Assembly: GCA_944376845.1 (NCBI GenBank)
Contig: CALWDZ010000002.1
Span: 44,233-108,232, forward strand
Direction: 5' to 3'
DNA: 64,000 nucleotides
Source: an uncultured Clostridia bacterium
GTDB lineage: Bacteria; Bacillota; Clostridia; Christensenellales; UBA1242
The notes under the pieces: generated by a model
What the model was told of the DNA's origin: nothing
Databases searched by the model: none
What the model saw: only the letters and a program-made list of their open reading frames with translations
Shown here: piece by piece, positions 58,282 through 64,000 of the stretch
Layout: each line of letters begins with the position of its first letter
How positions within the stretch are numbered: the first letter of the stretch is position 1
Made by a program: the position numbers and the translations under genes

Positions 58282-60432
58282 TTATTCTACATCTTTCATA
58301 GTAAGAGAAATGCGTTTTTTGTCAACATCTACTGAAAGCACTTTTACAGTCACAACATCACCAACCTTTAATACTTCACTTGGATGTTTTATATACCTAT
58401 CACAAATTTGAGAAATATGGACTAGTCCATCCTGATGCACACCAATGTCTACAAATGCACCAAAATCTATTACATTGCGAACAGTACCGGTTAAGACCAT
58501 ACCTTCTTTTAAGTCTTCTAGCGATAAGATATCACTTCTAAGTACTGGTTTTGGCATAGTTTCACGAATATCCCTACCTGGTTTTAAAAGTTCTTCAACA
58601 ATGTCATTTAGTGTTGGCACACCAACACCAATGAGTGACGATACTTTTTCTTCACCTTCTGTTTTTATCATATCTTTTATTGCTTTAACATTGCCGTTTT
58701 TAACATCATCACTTGTTAAATTGTAATGTGCAAGTAATTTGTTAACCGCGTCATAACTTTCTGGATGCACAGCAGTATTGTCGAGCACATTGTCGCCGTC
58801 AGTAATACGCAAGAAACCAGCACATTGCTCAAACGCTTTTTGACCTAAACCCGAAACCTTTAAAAGTTGTTCCCTATTTTTGAAATGCACTATTTCTTGT
58901 CTAAACTTGACAATGTTTTGAGCAGTTTTTGTATTCAATCCCGAAACAAATTCAAGTAGTCTTGGTGATGCTGTATTCAAGTCAACGCCCACACTATTGA
59001 CACAATCTTCAACCACTCCTGTCAAAACTTCTGTAAGTCTTGCTTGTGGCATATCGTGCTGATATTGCCCTACACCTATTGATTTTACATCTATTTTTAT
59101 AAGTTCGCTAAGTGGGTCTTGAAGTCTACGTGCAATACTTACGGCACTCCTTAGGTTTACGTCAAAATCTGGAAATTCTTGTGCTCCGAGTTTTGAAGCA
59201 CTATATACCGACGCTCCTGCTTCATTTACCATTGCATAACTTACTGGTCGTGAAATGTGTTTTAAAAGTTCAGCAACAAAAATTTCACTTTCCTTACTTG
59301 CGGTTCCATTACCTATGGCAATAATATCAACTTTATCTTTATTTATAAGGTTTGTAAGTATCTCCATACTTTCTTCAATCTGAGATTTTGGTGGTGTTGG
59401 ATAAACAACTGCGGTATCGAGAACATCACCTTTTTGGTCAATAACTGCAATTTTGCAGCCCATTCTATATCCAGGGTCAAAACCCATTATGACATTGTTT
59501 TTTAATGGTGCTTGAAGTAGTAGTGGACGAAGATTTACATCAAACATCTTGATTGCCTGTTCATTTGCCCTATCTGTGAGTGTTGTACGAAGTTCTCTTT
59601 CAAGTGAAGGAAACAAAAGCCTATCATAACTATCTAAAATAGTGTCTTTTATTATGTCATATGTTGTTTGATTTTCTTTCAAATATACTTTTTCAATCTC
59701 TTTTAATGGCAATTTCTCGTCAATTATGACACTTACTTTTAAACAGTCTTCATTCTCACCACGATTTATTGCTAAAATTCTATGGCTTGGCATTTTTAGA
59801 ACTGGTTCGGTATAATCCTTATACATTTCATAGGTTTTATTTTTTTCGTTGTCTAGAAGTTCAGTTTTTATACTAGCCTTATCCATCAAAAGTTCACGGA
59901 GTGTTTTTCTAAGTTCGCTATCATCACTTATTCTTTCTGCGATAATATCTTTTGCTCCACTAAGTGCTTCCTGACTGGTCTTTACACCCTTTTCTTCATT
60001 TATATATTCACTGCAAAGGGCGTCAATGTCGCCGTCAAATTCTTGTTTAATCAAAATATCCGCAAGTGGTTCCAGCCCTTTGGCAATAGCCACAGAAGCA
60101 CGAGTTTTACGCTTTGGCTTGTATGGTCTATAGATATCTTCAACTTCTGTAAGTGTTTTTGCATCACTTAATTTTTGAGCAAGTTCATCTGTCCACTTTT
60201 CTTGCTCACGAATACTATTTTCCACTTCTGTTTTGCGTTTTTCAAGATTGCGAAGATAATTTAACCTATCATTCATTTCACGCAAAATTTGGTCATCTAG
60301 GCTTCCTGTAAGTTCTTTACGATATCTTGCAATAAAAGGAATAGTATCTCCTTCATCTATCATCTTAACTATATTTTCTACCCTATCTAGTCTTACATTA
60401 AACTCTTTTGACAATGTTTCATTTATATTCAT
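58282..60432 (-). CDS. tex: Tex/YhgF RNA-binding transcriptional accessory protein
   Basis: PFIARYRKE, DPG, EAGASVYSAS, IGVGQYQHD, C-terminal S1 domain. Confidence 0.95.
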   Translation of the reverse strand: MNINETLSKEFNVRLDRVENIVKMIDEGDTIPFIARYRKELTGSLDDQILREMNDRLNYLRNLEKRKTEVENSIREQEKWTDELAQKLSDAKTLTEVEDIYRPYKPKRKTRASVAIAKGLEPLADILIKQEFDGDIDALCSEYINEEKGVKTSQEALSGAKDIIAERISDDSELRKTLRELLMDKASIKTELLDNEKNKTYEMYKDYTEPVLKMPSHRILAINRGENEDCLKVSVIIDEKLPLKEIEKVYLKENQTTYDIIKDTILDSYDRLLFPSLERELRTTLTDRANEQAIKMFDVNLRPLLLQAPLKNNVIMGFDPGYRMGCKIAVIDQKGDVLDTAVVYPTPPKSQIEESMEILTNLINKDKVDIIAIGNGTASKESEIFVAELLKHISRPVSYAMVNEAGASVYSASKLGAQEFPDFDVNLRSAVSIARRLQDPLSELIKIDVKSIGVGQYQHDMPQARLTEVLTGVVEDCVNSVGVDLNTASPRLLEFVSGLNTKTAQNIVKFRQEIVHFKNREQLLKVSGLGQKAFEQCAGFLRITDGDNVLDNTAVHPESYDAVNKLLAHYNLTSDDVKNGNVKAIKDMIKTEGEEKVSSLIGVGVPTLNDIVEELLKPGRDIRETMPKPVLRSDILSLEDLKEGMVLTGTVRNVIDFGAFVDIGVHQDGLVHISQICDRYIKHPSEVLKVGDVVTVKVLSVDVDKKRISLTMKDVE

Positions 60433-61723
60433 TTTTTAACCTCTCTCTAATTTCGTTTACTTTTTTATAAATTAACTGAGTATCTTCGTTTATATATTTG
60501 CCATCACGATATAATATTTCCCCATTACACATAGTGAGCATTACATCTGAAGATTTCGCGGAATAAACAAGATGCGAAATTAAGTTATCATGCGGATACA
60601 TATGTGGTTTATGAATATCAACAAGTATTATATCTGCCTTTTTACCCACTGCTATTTCTCCACTATCAAAGCCAAGTGCTTTTGCTCCGTTTTTTGTAGC
60701 CATTTTTAAAACATCTTTGGCTTTTATCACACTTGCATCACATATACTTACCTTTGAAAGTGTAGCCACCAAAAACATCTCTTTAAACATATCAAGACTA
60801 TTGTTTGAAGCCACACCATCAGTGCCAATCGTGATGTTTATACTTTTATTTTGCATGGCATACACTGGGGCAATGCCACTTGCAAGTTTTATGTTTGATG
60901 ACGGACAAGTGCAAATACTTGCGTTATAATCTGCCAAAATCTGCAAATCATCTTTGTCCATATGCACGCAGTGATAGCAAAGCGAATTTCTATCAAAAAA
61001 TCCTAAACTTTCTAAGTACTGTGGCGGTGTCAGTCCACCATTTTGTACTGTACAATTCCCTACTTCTTCAAGTGTTTCACAAAGATGAATACTCATAGGC
61101 AAATTATTTTTGGCAGAAAAATCTACACATTTTTCAATATCATCGTAAGTGGATGAATAAATTGAATGGACATATACACAAGGTTTAATAAGTGTATTGT
61201 CAACATTTGTAAACAAACCAAGTTGTTGTGATAAAAATTTATTTAAATCTTTATTTTCTTTTCTTGTTGATGGGCCAAACCCAACTCTTGCACGCAAACC
61301 AGACTGGGATAATGCTTTTATTATTTGATCATTATCAAAGTAGCATTCTTCAACTGTTGTAATTCCGTTTGCAAGATATTCTAGCACCGCAAGTTTTTCA
61401 CCCCAATAGATATCTTGTGGAGTTAATTTATTTTCAAGAGGAATAATATTGTCATAAAGCCAAGTGCTTAATGATGTATCATCACCAACACCCCTTAATA
61501 TTGTCATAGGAGAATGACAGTGTGCATCAACAAACCCTGGCATTAGAATATTTTGATTACAGTCGATTATTTCATCAAAATTTTCTTTTGGCAATGCACA
61601 GCCAACATAACTAATTATATCATTGGAAACAACAACATTACCAAGAAAAAGTTCACCTTTTTCAACATCCAAAATATTTGCGTTTTTAAATAAAATTTTC
61701 ATAAAAGCCTTTAATTTTGTCAT
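60419..61723 (-). CDS. Amidohydrolase, MTA/SAH deaminase (MtaD)-like
   Basis: PGFVDAHCH, HLCET, GTDG..SNN.LDMF. Confidence 0.85.
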   Translation of the reverse strand: MTKLKAFMKILFKNANILDVEKGELFLGNVVVSNDIISYVGCALPKENFDEIIDCNQNILMPGFVDAHCHSPMTILRGVGDDTSLSTWLYDNIIPLENKLTPQDIYWGEKLAVLEYLANGITTVEECYFDNDQIIKALSQSGLRARVGFGPSTRKENKDLNKFLSQQLGLFTNVDNTLIKPCVYVHSIYSSTYDDIEKCVDFSAKNNLPMSIHLCETLEEVGNCTVQNGGLTPPQYLESLGFFDRNSLCYHCVHMDKDDLQILADYNASICTCPSSNIKLASGIAPVYAMQNKSINITIGTDGVASNNSLDMFKEMFLVATLSKVSICDASVIKAKDVLKMATKNGAKALGFDSGEIAVGKKADIILVDIHKPHMYPHDNLISHLVYSAKSSDVMLTMCNGEILYRDGKYINEDTQLIYKKVNEIRERLKNEYK

Positions 61724-61760
61724 ATTAAAATTAATATAATTATACCAAAAGGAGGATAAA

Positions 61761-63005
61761 ATGCAAACAAAAAAGATAATTCTTCATTGCGATGTCAACA
61801 ATTTTTTTGCATCGTGTGAATGTGCACTTAATCCTTCTATTAAAGACCAACCTGTCGCCGTCACTGGAGAAGTTACCAAACGAAATGGCATAGTACTTGC
61901 AAAAAATGAGATTGCAAAACGGTTTGGTGTTAAAACTGGTGATGTTATATTTGAAGCAAAAAGAAAATGCCCTGATCTTGTGTGCGTTAGACCTCACCAC
62001 AAAATTTATGAAAGATATTCTAGACAAATAAGGGCTATTTACGAGGAATATACAGACAAAGTTGAGCCATTTGGAATAGACGAGTGTTGGCTAGATATAA
62101 CCGACACAGTCAAATTTTTCGGAAGCGCCTTAGATGTGGCAAATACACTTAGAGAGCGTATTAAAAAGGAAATTGGAGTAACTATTTCGGTTGGAATAAG
62201 TTTTTCAAAGACATTTGCAAAACTTGGTAGTGATATGAAAAAGCCCGATGCGGTGACCGTGCTTTCAAAAGAGAATTTTAAACAAAAGACCTATCATTTA
62301 CCACTTGGAAGCATTATAGGTATAGGAAAAAAATTAGAAACAAAACTAAATAAATTAAACATATTTACACTTGGCGACCTTGCAGAATATGACGAGAATA
62401 TCATAAAAAAGAAATTTGGAATTGTTGGAGAAAGACTTCAAAAAAATGTACAAGGTATTGACGATGATGATGTACAAAACGTTGACGATAGAAAAATTGT
62501 AAAAAGTGTTGGCAACGGAACTACAACACTTGTAGATGTAAAAAACAAAAAAGAACTTAGAAGTGTAGTTATGTTTTTGTGTGACGAGATTGCAACAAGG
62601 CTGAGAGCAAAACATTTGACTGGGTCAACAATATCGGTATCACTTAGACGCAACGACCTTATTTGGCTTTCTAAAAGCCATACAATTTTAAAAAATACAA
62701 ACTCCGCAAAAGATATTTACCATACAGCAATGGATATTATAGACCAAATTTGGAATGAAGTTTGTCCACTTAGAAGTATAAGAATAAGCGTTTCAAATTT
62801 GGACAACGATGATATGTCGCAACTTGACTTATTTAATACTGATAGAAATAGAAAAAATCTTGAAAATGCTATAGATAAAATTAGGCAAAAATATGGTTAT
62901 GACAGTATAAGACCATTGCTTAGCAAAGACGATAGACTTATAAATTCTCAAGCACTCAGAATTGAAGATGATGAAAATGAAAACCCTGATGACGACTTAT
63001 CTTAA
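61761..63005 (+). CDS. dinB: DNA polymerase IV (Y family)
   Basis: HCDVNNFFASCE, GIDEC, AKLGSDMKKP, clamp motif QLDLF. Confidence 0.95.
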   Translation: MQTKKIILHCDVNNFFASCECALNPSIKDQPVAVTGEVTKRNGIVLAKNEIAKRFGVKTGDVIFEAKRKCPDLVCVRPHHKIYERYSRQIRAIYEEYTDKVEPFGIDECWLDITDTVKFFGSALDVANTLRERIKKEIGVTISVGISFSKTFAKLGSDMKKPDAVTVLSKENFKQKTYHLPLGSIIGIGKKLETKLNKLNIFTLGDLAEYDENIIKKKFGIVGERLQKNVQGIDDDDVQNVDDRKIVKSVGNGTTTLVDVKNKKELRSVVMFLCDEIATRLRAKHLTGSTISVSLRRNDLIWLSKSHTILKNTNSAKDIYHTAMDIIDQIWNEVCPLRSIRISVSNLDNDDMSQLDLFNTDRNRKNLENAIDKIRQKYGYDSIRPLLSKDDRLINSQALRIEDDENENPDDDLS

Positions 63006-63539
63006 CTTCTTTTCATAGATTTTTAGACCTTTTTCAACTTTTTCTACATGTGCTTTTGTTTCGGCGTATGGGATTACATCTAGTGTCTTACCGTCAGAAG
63101 AATATTCGCTGTTTTTAAGCCAACCTCTGACAACTCCTTCACCTGCATTATAGGCACAAAGTATTGTGCGAGTATCTCCAAATTTTTCACTGAGATATGA
63201 TAGATAATAAACTCCTAATCTAATATTATATTCTGGGTCAAAAAGTTTATCATCAGTGTAATCTATTCCGAGTTGCTCGGCTAGCCATTTCGCCGTTTGA
63301 GGCATAAGTTGCATTAAACCAATTGCACCTTTGTTTGAAATTGCATCAGCATTAAAACTACTTTCTGCGTTGATTAAACTTGCAATGAGATTGCTCTCAA
63401 TATTATATTCTTCGCTATATAGCAAAATTGTATCTTTGTATTTAATCGGATAAAAGATATAACTTAGGCACAAAAAAAGATATATCCCAACAATGGCAAT
63501 TGTAACAAATATTATGGATATAATGCCCGCTTTTTTCAT
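62997..63539 (-). CDS. Lytic transglycosylase (SLT domain)
   Basis: AESSF, GLMQL, AYNAG, ET; ATG 63539 preferred. Confidence 0.92.
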   Translation of the reverse strand: MKKAGIISIIFVTIAIVGIYLFLCLSYIFYPIKYKDTILLYSEEYNIESNLIASLINAESSFNADAISNKGAIGLMQLMPQTAKWLAEQLGIDYTDDKLFDPEYNIRLGVYYLSYLSEKFGDTRTILCAYNAGEGVVRGWLKNSEYSSDGKTLDVIPYAETKAHVEKVEKGLKIYEKKLR

Positions 63540-63580
63540 ATATTTTATTTTATGAAAAAATGATTTTTTTAATTCAAAAA

Positions 63581-64000
63581 TTAAAGAATAAGTTGTTTTT
63601 TTACTAAACTTAGAAGTGTGACACACAAAATAAGTGAAATTAGTATTCCAGATAAAATATCAGTAAAATAATGTTGACCTAAATACATCCTAGATAATGC
63701 AACCAAAATTAAAAATAAAATACATAAAATTATGCTAAGTATTTTTGTCCATTTTTTCTTGCATTTTTGTAGCGTAAATAAAAGTATAAAAAACACCATT
63801 GTCATGGCACAAACCATATGTCCACTAGGAAAACTCTGACCAACGGCTTCTAATTTATTTATTATATTTGCATCCATTTCAAAAGGACGTGGACGATTAA
63901 AAAAGAATTTTAAAATATAATTAAAACTAACATTTATTATTGTTGCCAAAACAAAATAAAAAGAAAATTTTTTATTTGCAAAAAAATAAAAGAAAACAAA
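63581..64000 (-). CDS. PAP2-family phosphatase (start lies beyond the right edge)
   Basis: K..F.RPRP, SFPSGH, SRMYLGQHYFTD; frame stays open to 64000. Confidence 0.88.
   Translation of the reverse strand, partial: FVFFYFFANKKFSFYFVLATIINVSFNYILKFFFNRPRPFEMDANIINKLEAVGQSFPSGHMVCAMTMVFFILLFTLQKCKKKWTKILSIILCILFLILVALSRMYLGQHYFTDILSGILISLILCVTLLSLVKKQLIL

Noticed and set aside
185-62653. Numerous short antisense or overlapping ORFs in the track (e.g. 2007-2480, 7110-7613, 15167-15697, 20876-21355, 61740-62027)
   Set aside because: Shadow frames of well-supported genes, with no motifs or RBS
1-64000. Mobile elements, prophage, CRISPR, tRNA/rRNA
   Set aside because: No transposase, integrase, phage structural genes, repeat arrays or tRNA/rRNA signatures found by eye

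Overview
AT-rich chromosomal segment from a spore-forming Clostridia-like bacterium with signs of genome reduction. Nearly all genes are on the minus strand and are housekeeping or sporulation genes: recN-argR, xseAB-nusB, complete spoIIIAA-AH, efp, rimP-nusA-infB-rbfA-truB, rpsB-tsf-frr-uppS-cdsA-rseP, rpmB, priA-def-fmt-rlmN-rsgA-rpe, pcrA-ligA, mreB-like-minD-minE-spoIVFB, cysS-ychF, tex, dinB. Features missing from the ORF track: an OLE RNA (~2620-3186, minus) with its own sigma-A promoter upstream of oapA, spoVM (26 aa), a 2[4Fe-4S] ferredoxin, a 59-aa membrane ORF in the spoIVFA position, an rpsB leader and clustered ARG boxes. Most notable: (1) the polC locus holds a 525-aa mini-PolC (N-terminal domain + OB + QENLF clamp motif + DEDDh exonuclease; no PHP or polymerase); (2) ole-oapA survives while its usual neighbours are gone; (3) cofactor, nucleotide-kinase and MEP genes are systematically absent from conserved operons; (4) an orphan Pycsar-type effector cassette; (5) likely pseudo-enzymes (Ppx/GppA, MreB-like). 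No CRISPR, tRNA/rRNA, IS or prophage was seen. All calls come from motif recognition and synteny, not database searches.
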